Of a stretch of DNA of 63,136 bases, positions 50,436-60,086 are shown one piece after another. Within the stretch, counting starts at the first letter, position 1. Every line of letters starts with the position of its first letter. The stretch covers positions 1 through 63,136 of the forward strand of contig JAICME010000001.1 in NCBI GenBank assembly GCA_025929425.1, in the 5' to 3' direction. A program made the translations under genes and the position numbers. The notes below the pieces were generated by a model, which was not told the origin of the DNA, made no database searches, and saw only the letters and a program-made list of their open reading frames with translations. Source of the DNA: Thermoleophilia bacterium (GTDB lineage Bacteria; Actinomycetota; Thermoleophilia; Gaiellales; Gaiellaceae).

Positions 50436-52468
50436 GCGAGGACGAAGCGCGCGTCGAGGCCGACGGCGCCCTCGCGACGAACGAGGAGCGGGTTGACCTC
50501 GACCTCCGCGATCTCCGGGTGGGCGGCGGCGAAGTACGACAGCGCAGCGACCGCACGTGCGGCCGCGGTGACGTCGAGCGGCGGACGCCCGCGCACTCCG
50601 GTGAGCAGCGGCGCCGAGCCGAGAGAGCGCACGAGCTCCTCCGCCGTCACCTCGTCGACCGGAGCGAGCGCTGCGGCGACATCGCGCACCGTCTCCGTGT
50701 GGAGCCCACCCGCGGCAACCACCACGAGCGGCCCGAAGCGCGGGTCGCGACGAGCACCGACGAGAAGCTCGAAGCCTGCCGCCACGTCCTCCGCGGTCTC
50801 GACGGAGAAGGCTTCGGACGCGAGCCGCGCCGCAAGATCGTCGAATGCCGCGGCGAAGTCTCGCTCGTCGCGCAGGCCGACGACGACGCCGCCCGCATCG
50901 GACTTGTGGAGCGGACCGAGCGCCTTGAGCACGACCGGGTAGCCGAGCTCGGCGGCCGCCGTAAGCGCCTCCTCCCGGCCGGCGACGGTTCGCGCTTCCC
51001 CGAACGCGATGCCGGCTTCCGCGAGCGCGGCCCGTGCCGCCGGATAGGTCGCGTCCGTCAGCGGCGGCGCCACGGCAGGGAGGGCAGGTAGCGGCGACGT
51101 GGGCGCGCCGTCCGCGGCAAGCGCCGCGACCGCGTCGACAGCCGACTCGATCACCCGATACACGGGAACCCCGGCTGCACGCAGCGCCCGAGCCGCCGGC
51201 GAGCTCGCGTACATGGTGTGGACGACGAGCGGCTTCCCGCTTTCGGTCACCGCCTGCGCGAGCAGCTCTGCGACGGCGACCTCGCGATCGCTCATCTCGT
51301 CCGAGAGCGTGCTGTACCCGCCGTAGTACGCCGTGAAGAGGACCGCGTCGGTGTCCTCCGCCGCGAGCAGGGCACGCGTCGTGCGCGCGAAGCTGAAGAC
51401 GTCCTGCTCGCCCGCGCCGGCGAGATCGACGGGGTTCGCGGTCGGGGCATGCGGCGGCAGGAGCTCGCGCAAGCTCGCCTGCGTCTGCTCCGAGAGCAGC
51501 GGCAACTCCATCCCACGTCCCTCCAGCAGGTCGCCGGCGATGGCTCCGTAGCCACCGCCGTCGCCGATCACCGCGAGCCGGCGGCCGCGCGGCCGGTACG
51601 GCGCGAGGAGTGCGTGTACCGCGTCGACGAGCGCCCGCGGTGTGTCCACGAGGTGAATCCCGCCGGCCCGACACGCCGCCTCGACCGCGTCGCGGCCGCT
51701 CGTCAGCGCGCCGGTGTGGGAGCGGGCTGCGCGGGCACCCGCAGCGCTGCGACCGGCCGTGAGCAGGACGACCGGCTTCCCGGCCGTCCGCGCCGCCTCG
51801 ACGAACGCGCGACCGTCGCGAAAGTCCTCGCAGTAGACACCGATCACGCGCGTGCCCTCGTGCTCACCGAGCGCAGCGACGAGCTCGGTGACGCCCACGT
51901 CGGCCTGGTTCCCGATCGAGACCGCGCGCGAGAACCCCAGCCCGAAGTCCTCGAGCAGCAGGCCGACCTCGAGCAGGACGTTGCCGCTCTGCGAGACGAA
52001 GCCGACCGGGCCGGCGGACAGCGGAGTCGAGGCGAGTTGGAGCTCGGATGCCCCGTCGAAGATGCCGAGGCAGTTCGGGCCGACGAGCGCCGCGCCGGCG
52101 GCACGCACTCGCTCGACCAGCGCGCGCTCGCGCGCCGCGCCTTCCTCCCCCAGCTCGGCGAAGCCGGCCGCGATCGCCACGAGCGCCCGGGCGCCCGCGG
52201 CGAGCGAGTCGTCGACCGCCGCCTCGAGCCCGTCCGCCGGGACGCTGAGGACGACGAGCTCCGGCGCCTCCGGCAGGTCGGCGAGCGAGCGATGGACGGT
52301 CAGCCCGTGCACCTCGCCGCCGTTCCGGCCGACGAGATAGACGCGCCGCCGGTGCGCTCCGAGAGCCGCGTCGCGCGCGAACCAGTAGCCCCACTTCGCC
52401 GGATCGGACGAAACGCCCACGATCGCGACCGTCTGGGGCTCGAACAGCGGCGTCAGGTCGCGCGTCAC
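50432..52468 (-). CDS. ADP-forming acyl-CoA synthetase (acetate--CoA ligase family: CoA-binding + ATP-grasp)
   Basis: GTG 52468 makes a GTGA overlap with the upstream gene. LFEPQTVAIVGVSSDPAKWGY...LVGPNCLGI...VSIGNQADV, with a C-terminal ATP-grasp (YPVVLKALGPLHKSDAGGVVVGL). Confidence 0.85.
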   Translation of the reverse strand: MTRDLTPLFEPQTVAIVGVSSDPAKWGYWFARDAALGAHRRRVYLVGRNGGEVHGLTVHRSLADLPEAPELVVLSVPADGLEAAVDDSLAAGARALVAIAAGFAELGEEGAARERALVERVRAAGAALVGPNCLGIFDGASELQLASTPLSAGPVGFVSQSGNVLLEVGLLLEDFGLGFSRAVSIGNQADVGVTELVAALGEHEGTRVIGVYCEDFRDGRAFVEAARTAGKPVVLLTAGRSAAGARAARSHTGALTSGRDAVEAACRAGGIHLVDTPRALVDAVHALLAPYRPRGRRLAVIGDGGGYGAIAGDLLEGRGMELPLLSEQTQASLRELLPPHAPTANPVDLAGAGEQDVFSFARTTRALLAAEDTDAVLFTAYYGGYSTLSDEMSDREVAVAELLAQAVTESGKPLVVHTMYASSPAARALRAAGVPVYRVIESAVDAVAALAADGAPTSPLPALPAVAPPLTDATYPAARAALAEAGIAFGEARTVAGREEALTAAAELGYPVVLKALGPLHKSDAGGVVVGLRDERDFAAAFDDLAARLASEAFSVETAEDVAAGFELLVGARRDPRFGPLVVVAAGGLHTETVRDVAAALAPVDEVTAEELVRSLGSAPLLTGVRGRPPLDVTAAARAVAALSYFAAAHPEIAEVEVNPLLVRREGAVGLDARFVLA

Positions 52469-53907
52469 GAGACGCCGACCGAACGGCCTGCGCGTTCGGG
52501 CCGTGGGAGCGATCCATGCTGCTGCGTCAGCTCGGCGACCTTCTCCCGAACCGGTTCTCGCACCGGCGCCGCGCGTCCGCTCGTGGTATCGACGTGGAGC
52601 AGCATCTGCTCCGCGGTCGCCAGCGGGTCCGCCTCGCCGTCCCGGAGCAGGACATGAAAGAGGTGGAGCCGCTTCTCGTCGGAGTCGAGCACCTGCGTCG
52701 TCACACGAACGCGATCGCCGGCCTCGAGTTGGCGCAGGTGCGAGAGGTGGGTCTCGACGGTGAAGAAGCTGCCGCCGTCCTCGAGGTAGCCCGCGTCGAC
52801 GCCGAGGCCCCCGAGAAGCGCATCTGTCGCGTCGGCGAAGAGCTCGAGGTAACGGCTCTCGTGGACGTGCCCGTTGTAGTCGACCCACTCCGGTGGAATG
52901 TGCCGAACGGACGTCGGCGCTGCCGCGCCGAGCAGCTCGCGCTCCCAGGCCGCGAGCGTCGCGCCGGCGGCGGTCTCCTCGGCTCGCAAGGCCTGAAGCA
53001 GGCGCACGAGCACCCGGTCACGAAGCTGCTCGAGCTCGCGCGGGGACCGTCCGTCGGCCTGCGCGTCGGATTGCTCGGCGATCCTCTCCACGAGCTCGTC
53101 GGTGAGCTCGGGGACGTCGGTCAGGTGCGTCCACGGCCACTCGAGCGCGGGCCCGAACTGGCGGATGAAGTGGCGCATTCCCTCCTCCCCGCCCGCGATG
53201 CGATAGGTGAGAAAGGTTCCCATGAAGGCCCAGCGCAGGCCCGCTCCGTAGCGGATCGCGTCGTCGACCTCCTCGACCGTCGCGGCGCCGTCCGAGACGA
53301 GCCAGAGCGCCTCGCGCCAGAGGGCCTCGAGCAGCCGGTCGGCAACGAAGCCGTCGATCTCGCTGCGGACGACGAGCGGCTGCATCCCGACCGAGCGAAA
53401 GACGGCGCCCGCACGCTCGACCGTCTCCGGCGCGGTCCGGACGCCGGCGCAGAGCTCGACGAGCGGCAGGAGGTAGACCGGGTTGAAGGGATGCGCGACG
53501 CAGAATCGCTCGGGCCGCTCCATCTCGGCTTGCAGCTCGCTCGGCCGCAGGCCCGAGGTCGAGGAGCAGATGAGCGCGTCCGGCGGAGCCGCACGATCTC
53601 CCTCCGCCAGCAACCCGCGCTTCAGCTCGATCCGCTCCGGCGCGGACTCCTGGACGAGCTCGACTCCGGCGACCGCCTCCTCGAGGGAGTCGACGATGCG
53701 GAGCTCGCCCTCCTCCGGTAGCGGGGCGAGCGTGAGCTGCTGGAACGCCGTGCGCGCGTCGTCGAGCACTCGAGCGGCGCGCGCCGAGGCCTCCGCGGAC
53801 GGGTCGAAGAGCCGGACGTCGGAGCCGTTGAGCACGAACCGGGCGGCCCAGCCGGCGCCGATCACGCCGCCGCCGAGCAGGCCCACCCGCGTGGGGTTAG
53901 ACGACAC
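52465..53907 (-). CDS. 3-hydroxyacyl-CoA-dehydrogenase-fold enzyme of the L-carnitine dehydrogenase type with C-terminal hotdog thioesterase domain
   Basis: [29 protein letters not shown], plus an HADH C-terminal domain and a roughly 140-aa hotdog-like tail ([14 protein letters not shown]...[17 protein letters not shown]). Adjacent to a BKACE gene. Confidence 0.75.
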   Translation of the reverse strand: MSSNPTRVGLLGGGVIGAGWAARFVLNGSDVRLFDPSAEASARAARVLDDARTAFQQLTLAPLPEEGELRIVDSLEEAVAGVELVQESAPERIELKRGLLAEGDRAAPPDALICSSTSGLRPSELQAEMERPERFCVAHPFNPVYLLPLVELCAGVRTAPETVERAGAVFRSVGMQPLVVRSEIDGFVADRLLEALWREALWLVSDGAATVEEVDDAIRYGAGLRWAFMGTFLTYRIAGGEEGMRHFIRQFGPALEWPWTHLTDVPELTDELVERIAEQSDAQADGRSPRELEQLRDRVLVRLLQALRAEETAAGATLAAWERELLGAAAPTSVRHIPPEWVDYNGHVHESRYLELFADATDALLGGLGVDAGYLEDGGSFFTVETHLSHLRQLEAGDRVRVTTQVLDSDEKRLHLFHVLLRDGEADPLATAEQMLLHVDTTSGRAAPVREPVREKVAELTQQHGSLPRPERAGRSVGVS

Positions 53908-54796
53908 CGACCCGCAGCGCGAGCTTCTCCCGCACCTCCTCCGGCCCGAGCACGCGCACGTTCATCCGCTCGAGGATCTCGACCGCCCGCGCCACGAGCT
54001 CACCGTTGGTCGCGAGCCGGCCGCGCGAGAGATAGAGGTTGTCCTCGAGCCCGACCCGAACATTCGCGCCGACGAGCGGCGCGAGCGCCACGAACGGCAG
54101 CTCCATCCGCCCGATCGAGAACGCGGAGTAGACGGCGTTCTCGGGCAGCTGGTTGACCAGCGCGAGCACGGTGCCGAGGTCATCGGGCGCGCCGTACGGA
54201 ATGCCGGTACAGAGCTGGATCAGCGGCGGATCCTCGATCAGGCCGTCGCGGATCAGTTCGTGGACGAACACGAGATGGCCGGTGTCGAAGACCTCGAGCT
54301 CGGGCCGCACGCCGAGCTCGCGGATCCGTGCGGCCATCGCGCGGAGCATCCCCGGCGTGTTGACCATCACGTAGTCGCCGCCGGCGACGAAGTTCATCGT
54401 CCCGCAGTCGAGCGTGCAGATCTCGGGGCGCAACTCCTCGACGTGGGCGAGGCGCTCGGCCGCGCCGGCCATGTCCGTTCCGGCGGGATCCGGCGGCAGC
54501 GGCGCGTCCTCCCCGCCGAGAACGAGGTCGCCGCCCATCCCCGCGGTGAGGTTGAGGACGACGTCGACGCCCGAGGCGCGGATCTGCTCGACCACCGCGC
54601 GGTAGAGGGCCGGATCGCGGGCGCCACGCCCGCTGTCGGGGTCGCGCACGTGAATGTGCGCGATCGCGGCCCCTGCGCGCGCCGCCTCGATCGCGGCGTC
54701 GGCTATCTGCTCCGGCGTGACCGGGACGTGCTCGCTGCGGCCCGCAGTGTCCCCCGCTCCGGTGACCGCACAGGTGACGAAAACTTCCCAGTTCAC
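53897..54796 (-). CDS. Beta-keto acid cleavage enzyme (BKACE/DUF849; 3-keto-5-aminohexanoate / dehydrocarnitine cleavage family)
   Basis: Start set at GTG 54796, 5 nt after [18 protein letters not shown]...[27 protein letters not shown]. The ORF-track start at 54889 would nearly abut the divergent ACAD start. Confidence 0.8.
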   Translation of the reverse strand: MNWEVFVTCAVTGAGDTAGRSEHVPVTPEQIADAAIEAARAGAAIAHIHVRDPDSGRGARDPALYRAVVEQIRASGVDVVLNLTAGMGGDLVLGGEDAPLPPDPAGTDMAGAAERLAHVEELRPEICTLDCGTMNFVAGGDYVMVNTPGMLRAMAARIRELGVRPELEVFDTGHLVFVHELIRDGLIEDPPLIQLCTGIPYGAPDDLGTVLALVNQLPENAVYSAFSIGRMELPFVALAPLVGANVRVGLEDNLYLSRGRLATNGELVARAVEILERMNVRVLGPEEVREKLALRVGVV

Positions 54797-54869
54797 GGCG
54801 TCCTCCGTTCGAAATGCGAACTGCCGTTGCACATCCTGCGACGGACGTACCATAATCGACCGCAATCCG

Positions 54870-56021
54870 ATGGTGCAAAGCGCCCCCACGCGCCCGCTCG
54901 ACCTCGACTCGCTCCGCGCCGCCGCGCACGCGTTCGCCCGTGACGAGATGCGCCCGGTCGCCCTCTCCTACGACGAGTCCGAGGAGTACCCGCTCGACGT
55001 GCTGCGGCGCGCCGCCGCGGCCGGGCTCACGCACTACGACCTCCCGACCGAGTACGGCGGGAGCGGCGTCGAGAGCCTGAGCGACCGCTGCGCGGTGATC
55101 GAGGAGCTGGCCTGGGGCGACTCCCCCATCTTCTGGGTGATCGCGCAGGGCGGGTTCTTCGCAGGGCCGTTGCTCGCCCTCGGCTCGGAGGAGCAGAAGC
55201 AGCGCTGGCTGCCTGCGCTCTGCAGCGCCGAACCGCCCGCGTGCTCGGTCGCGATCACCGAGCCCGAGCACGGCTCCGACGCGGCCGCCATCGAGACGAC
55301 GGCGACGCGGCGCGACGGCGGCTACGTCCTCAACGGCCGCAAGAAGTTCATCGGCAACGGCCACATCGCCGATCTCTGCATCGTCTTCGCCACCGTCGAA
55401 CCGGGCAGCCGCTCGCGCGGTGTGACCGCGTTTCTCGTCGAGGCGGGCGACGAGGGCTTCGTGCGCGGGCCGCGCCTGCCGAAGATGGGCAGCCGCTGCT
55501 TCCCGGCTGCCGAGGTCTCGTTCGACGACTGCTTCGTTCCCGAGGATCGGCGGCTCGGCGCGGAGGGAGCGGCGTTCCGCGGACTGATGTGGGTGTTCGA
55601 CGTGGCACGCATCCAGCTCGCCGCAGCCTCGGTCGGGCTCGGACGCGCCGCGCTCGAGCTCGCGGTCGACTACGCGAAGGAGCGCGAGGCCTTCGGCCGG
55701 CCGATCCACGAGTTCCAGGCCGTCTCGTTCCGGCTCGCCGAGGTAAAGCTGAAGCTCGACCAGGCGCGGCTGATGACGCACCGCGCCGCGGAGCTCGCCG
55801 ACACGGGACACCCCTTCTCGACCGAGGCCGCGATGGCGAAGCTCGCGGCATCCGAGGCGTCCGTCTTCGCCGCCTCCGCCGCGGTGATGACGCTCGGCGG
55901 CGCCGGCTACATCCGCGACTCGCTCGCGCAGAAGTGGTACCGCGACGCCAAACTCGACGAGATCTGGGACGGGACGAGCGACATCATGCGTCTCCTGATC
56001 GCACGTAGCCTCTTCGCCTGA
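54870..56021 (+). CDS. Acyl-CoA dehydrogenase family protein
   Basis: ATG 54870. [13 protein letters not shown]...[38 protein letters not shown]. Confidence 0.88.
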   Translation: MVQSAPTRPLDLDSLRAAAHAFARDEMRPVALSYDESEEYPLDVLRRAAAAGLTHYDLPTEYGGSGVESLSDRCAVIEELAWGDSPIFWVIAQGGFFAGPLLALGSEEQKQRWLPALCSAEPPACSVAITEPEHGSDAAAIETTATRRDGGYVLNGRKKFIGNGHIADLCIVFATVEPGSRSRGVTAFLVEAGDEGFVRGPRLPKMGSRCFPAAEVSFDDCFVPEDRRLGAEGAAFRGLMWVFDVARIQLAAASVGLGRAALELAVDYAKEREAFGRPIHEFQAVSFRLAEVKLKLDQARLMTHRAAELADTGHPFSTEAAMAKLAASEASVFAASAAVMTLGGAGYIRDSLAQKWYRDAKLDEIWDGTSDIMRLLIARSLFA

Positions 56022-58072
56022 TGGCCCGCGACCCGCGCTACGACGTCCTCTTCGAGCCCGTGCAGCTCGGGCCGGTGACCGCACGCAACCGCTTCTTCCA
56101 GGTGCCGCACTGCAACGGCATGGGCCACCGCGACCCGACCGCCCACGCGGTCATGCGCGGCGTCAAGGCCGAGGGCGGCTGGGCCGTCGTCTGCACCGAG
56201 GAGGTCGAGTATCACCCGAGCTCCGACGTCAACGGCTTCATCGAGGGGCGCATCTGGGACGACGCCGACATTCCCGCGCACGAGCGGCTCGTCGAGCAGG
56301 TGCACGCCCACGACTCACTCGCCGGGATCGAGCTCGTCCACAGCGGAATGATCAGCGCGAACCTCTACGGCCGGATGCCTTCGCACGGCCCGTCGAACCT
56401 GCCCATCACGGGCTATGAACCGGCACAGGCACGCGCGATGAGCCGCGAGGACATCGCCGACCTGCGGCGCCGCCACCGGCAGGCGGTGCAGCGGTCGCTC
56501 CGCGCCGGCTACGACCTCGTCTACGTCTACGCGGCGCACGGCTTGACCACGCTCCAGCACTTCCTCTCCCGCCGCTACAACCTGCGAGAGGACGAGTACG
56601 GCGGCACGCTCGAGAATCGCGCGCGCCTACTGCGGGAGGTGCTGGAGGACACGCTCGAGGAGTGCGACGGCCGCGCCGCCGTCGCCTGCCGACTCGTCGT
56701 CGACGAGTTGATCGGCGAGGAAGGGATCGAGCGCCCGGAGATCGAGGAGCTGTTTGCACTGGTCGGCGAGCTACCCGACGTGTGGGACGTCATGGTGGGC
56801 TTCTGGCCTGACGACTCGCGCACGTCGCGGTTCGCGCACGAAGCGTGGACCGAAGAGCACTTCCGCGGGATCAAGCAACTCACCTCGAAGCCGCTCGTCG
56901 GCATCGGCTGGCTCACGTCACCAGACACGATGGTGCGACTGATCCGTGACGGCGTGATCGACTTCGTCGGCGCTGCGCGCCCCTCGATCGCCGACCCGTT
57001 CCTCCCCGTCAAGGTCGAGGAGGGACGACTCGAGGACATCCGCGAGTGCATCGCCTGCAACGTCTGCGTGACCGGCGACTGGACTGCGACACCGATCATG
57101 TGCACCCAGAACCCGTCGATGGGCGAGGAATGGCGACGAGGCTGGCACCCGGAGCGCTTCCGGCCGGCCGGTTCGGACTCGAAGGTACTGGTCGTCGGCG
57201 GCGGGCCGGCCGGGCTCGAAGCCGCGATGGCGCTCGGCAAGCGCGGTTACGAAGTCGTTCTCGCCGAGGCCGGTCGCGAGCTCGGTGGTCGCGTTCTGCG
57301 CGAGGCGCGCCTCCCAGGGCTCGCAGCGTGGATCCGCGTGGCCGACTATCGCCGCGGACAGCTCGCGAAGCTCCCCAACGTCGAGCTCGCGCTCGAGAGC
57401 GAGGTCACGGCCGACGAAGTGCGGAGCTACGGCTTCGACCATGTCGCCGTCGCGACCGGCGCACGCTGGCGCGCCGACGGCGTCGGGCGGTGGCACACGC
57501 GTCCCCCGGCACTCGACTCCGACGTCGAGACGTTGACGCCCGACGACCTCATGGCCGGCCGCCGTCCGGCCGGTGACCGGATCCTCCTCTTCGACGACGA
57601 CCACTACTACCTCGGCGGCGTGCTCGCGGAGCTGCTCGCGGCCGACGGAAAACACGTAACGCTCGTGACCTCCGCACCGCGCGTCTCGGAGTGGAGCGTG
57701 AACACGATGGAGCACGAGCGGATCCACCGGCGGCTCGTCGAGGCAGGCGTCGAGCTCGCGACCACGCAGGCGCTCGTCACGGTCGAGGGTGGAGCGGCAC
57801 GGCTCGCCGAGGTCTACACCGGCCGCGAACGAGAGGTCCCGCTCGACGGTCTCGTCCTCGTAACGGCCCGGCTGCCGAACGACGCGCTCGCACTGGATCT
57901 CGGCGCGACCCCGATCGGCGACGCATACGCGCCCGGCACGATCGCGAGCGCAGTGTGGGAGGGGCGCCGCTATGCCGAGGAGCTCGACGGAGAGCCGCAC
58001 GGAGACGCCGTCCCGTTCCGCCGCGAGGTGGTGGAGCTCGCGCCGCTCGGGGAACAGGTCTCGATCACATGA
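56021..58072 (+). CDS. OYE-fold FMN / 4Fe-4S / ADP-binding flavoprotein of the trimethylamine dehydrogenase - DgcA - 2,4-dienoyl-CoA reductase family
   Basis: The N-terminal TIM barrel carries NRFFQVPHCNGMG. The Cys cluster is CIACNVCV...C. A Rossmann motif follows (KVLVVGGGPAGLEAAMAL). 683 aa. Confidence 0.85.
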   Translation: MARDPRYDVLFEPVQLGPVTARNRFFQVPHCNGMGHRDPTAHAVMRGVKAEGGWAVVCTEEVEYHPSSDVNGFIEGRIWDDADIPAHERLVEQVHAHDSLAGIELVHSGMISANLYGRMPSHGPSNLPITGYEPAQARAMSREDIADLRRRHRQAVQRSLRAGYDLVYVYAAHGLTTLQHFLSRRYNLREDEYGGTLENRARLLREVLEDTLEECDGRAAVACRLVVDELIGEEGIERPEIEELFALVGELPDVWDVMVGFWPDDSRTSRFAHEAWTEEHFRGIKQLTSKPLVGIGWLTSPDTMVRLIRDGVIDFVGAARPSIADPFLPVKVEEGRLEDIRECIACNVCVTGDWTATPIMCTQNPSMGEEWRRGWHPERFRPAGSDSKVLVVGGGPAGLEAAMALGKRGYEVVLAEAGRELGGRVLREARLPGLAAWIRVADYRRGQLAKLPNVELALESEVTADEVRSYGFDHVAVATGARWRADGVGRWHTRPPALDSDVETLTPDDLMAGRRPAGDRILLFDDDHYYLGGVLAELLAADGKHVTLVTSAPRVSEWSVNTMEHERIHRRLVEAGVELATTQALVTVEGGAARLAEVYTGREREVPLDGLVLVTARLPNDALALDLGATPIGDAYAPGTIASAVWEGRRYAEELDGEPHGDAVPFRREVVELAPLGEQVSIT

Positions 58073-58830
58073 GCACGACCGAGCCTCGCGCGAAGACGAT
58101 CCAGTCGGTCGATCGCGCCGCGGCGCTGATCAAAGCGATCGCGGACAGCCCGCACCCGCCGACGGTCAACGAGCTCGCCACGGCGTGCGACCTCAACCGG
58201 AGCACGACCTGGCGGCTCCTCGCGACGCTCGACAGCCACGGCCTGATCGAACGCGACCCGATTAGCCAGCGCTACAGCCTCGGCTACGCCTTCCTCCGCA
58301 TCGCGGCCGGTGCAGACGTCGATCCGCTCGTGCGCCGCGGCCGCCCCGTTCTCGAGCTGCTCGCACAGGACACGGGCGAGGCGACGAACCTCGCGGTCGC
58401 GCGGCGTTTCAGCCTCGTCTACGTCGATCAGGTCGACCCGCCGCACGTGATGGCGCCGAACTGGTTCGGGCGAACGGTGCCGCTACACGCCACCTCCACC
58501 GGCAAGGCCTACCTCGCGTATCTGCCCGAGGAGGAGCAGGAGGCCGTCCTGCCGCGCCGCCTCGAGCGCTACACGGACACGACCGTGACCGACCGGCGGA
58601 GCCTGGCCGACGAGCTCCGCGCGGTGCGGCGCGACGGCTACGCGATCTGCGTCGGCGAGCTCGAGGAGTCGCTCTTCGGCGCCTCTGCGCCGGTGCTCTC
58701 CGAGCAAGGCCGCCCGGTGGCGATCGTCAGCGTGTGGGGCACCGAGCACCGCCTGCCGCGCGAACGCCTTCCGGAGGTGGGCCGCCGCGCCGTCGAGGCG
58801 GCCGAGGAGCTGAAAGAGTTGCTCAGATGA
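58069..58830 (+). CDS. IclR family transcriptional regulator
   Basis: ATGA overlap with the upstream gene. The HTH is PTVNELATACDLNRSTTWRLLATL, followed by a C-terminal IclR effector domain. Confidence 0.88.
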   Translation: MSTTEPRAKTIQSVDRAAALIKAIADSPHPPTVNELATACDLNRSTTWRLLATLDSHGLIERDPISQRYSLGYAFLRIAAGADVDPLVRRGRPVLELLAQDTGEATNLAVARRFSLVYVDQVDPPHVMAPNWFGRTVPLHATSTGKAYLAYLPEEEQEAVLPRRLERYTDTTVTDRRSLADELRAVRRDGYAICVGELEESLFGASAPVLSEQGRPVAIVSVWGTEHRLPRERLPEVGRRAVEAAEELKELLR

Positions 58831-58864
58831 GCGTAGGCTCGACGGAGCTCACCAGAGAGCGAAG

Positions 58865-59641
58865 GTGCCGGCTTTGCCGGCGCCGGGAGCGGAAAACGTG
58901 AGCGTTGTCGAGGTCGCACGCGACGGCGAGGTCGCCGTGATCCGGCTCAACCGGCCGGAGAAGCTGAACGCGATCTCGACCGAGGTAGAACGCGCGCTGC
59001 ACAAGGCGCTCGCCTCCGGAGACGTCCGCTCGAGCGGCGCCGTGATCCTCGCCGGCGAGGGTCGGGCCTTCTCGGCCGGCGCCGACATCTCGGAGTTCGA
59101 AGGCCGCTCGCCCGAGGACGTGCTTCGCTACTACAACGACACCGGCGGCGTGTACGAGGAGATCGCGGCGCTGCCGCAGCCCACGATCGCGGCGATCCAC
59201 GGCTACTGCCTCGGCGGCGCGCTCGAGCTCGCACTCGCGCTCGACTTCCGCATCGCCGACGACTCCGCCGTGTTCGGCTTCCCGGAGGTCTCGCTCGGGA
59301 TCCTCGCGAGCTCCGGCGGGCTGCACCGCGTCACGCGGCTGCTGGGACCGGCGCGCGCCAAGGAGCTGTTCCTGCTGTCCGAGCGGTTCGGCGCCGACGA
59401 CGCGCGGCGCGCGGGGGTCGTCACGGAGGTGGTCGAGGAGGGCAAGGCGCTCGACCGGGCGCTCGAGATCGCGGCTCGCCTCGCCGCGCTGCCGCGCGAC
59501 GCGGTTGCGGTGACGAAGCAGGCAATCGACGCGACGAGCGCCTCGCCGCGCGAGGCCGCACTCCTGATCGAGCGTCTCGCATACGCCGCACTCGCACAGA
59601 CGCAGGCGGCACAGGACGCGGCCGCCGGCTTCGGGAGCTAG
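58865..59641 (+). CDS. Enoyl-CoA hydratase/isomerase (crotonase) family protein
   Basis: VIRLNRPEKLNA...GEGRAFSAGADI...IHGYCLGGALELAL. The start could be GTG 58899. Confidence 0.88.
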   Translation: MPALPAPGAENVSVVEVARDGEVAVIRLNRPEKLNAISTEVERALHKALASGDVRSSGAVILAGEGRAFSAGADISEFEGRSPEDVLRYYNDTGGVYEEIAALPQPTIAAIHGYCLGGALELALALDFRIADDSAVFGFPEVSLGILASSGGLHRVTRLLGPARAKELFLLSERFGADDARRAGVVTEVVEEGKALDRALEIAARLAALPRDAVAVTKQAIDATSASPREAALLIERLAYAALAQTQAAQDAAAGFGS

Positions 59642-59643
59642 CC

Positions 59644-60042
59644 GTGATTCACGAGAAGGAGATCGAGATTCGCTGGCGCGACCTCGACGCCTTCAACCAC
59701 GTCAACCACGTCGTCTTTCTCACCTACCTCGAGGAGGTGCGCGACGAGTGGCTCGGGCGCGTGCTCGAGGACGCGGCGCTCGTCTGGGGCTACGTGATCG
59801 CGCGCGTCGAGATCGACTACCGCCGAGAGCTGACCCTCTCCGACGACGCGATCGTCGCGCGCTGCTCGCTCGAACGGCTCGGGACGAAGAGCGTGACGAC
59901 CCGGGAGGCGATCCTGACCCGCGACGGTGCGATCTCGGCCGAGGCGCTGGCGGTGCTCGTCGCGCGTGACGAGCAGACAGGCTCGCGTGTCATCTCCGAT
60001 CTCGAGCGCGCCGCTTTCGAGCGCGCCGCGGCGAGAGCGTAG
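59644..60042 (+). CDS. Acyl-CoA thioesterase, 4HBT/YbgC-like hotdog fold
   Basis: IEIRWRDLDAFNHVNHVVFLTYLEE. 132 aa. Confidence 0.8.
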   Translation: MIHEKEIEIRWRDLDAFNHVNHVVFLTYLEEVRDEWLGRVLEDAALVWGYVIARVEIDYRRELTLSDDAIVARCSLERLGTKSVTTREAILTRDGAISAEALAVLVARDEQTGSRVISDLERAAFERAAARA

Positions 60043-60044
60043 AG

Positions 60045-60071
60045 CGGCACCCGGCGCAGTGCCGGGTGCCG
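60045..60071. terminator. Bidirectional terminator-like hairpin between convergent genes
   Basis: CGGCACCCGGC-GCAGT-GCCGGGTGCCG, an 11-bp perfect stem. Confidence 0.6.
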
Positions 60072-60086
60072 TAGTTGCGATCGGTG

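Noticed and set aside
54797-54889. The longer BKACE ORF start (ATG 54889 or 54853).
   Set aside because: It would leave 16 nt or fewer to the divergent ACAD start and adds a non-conserved leader. GTG 54796, preceded by GGAGGA at the correct spacing, gives the canonical [10 protein letters not shown]-terminus.
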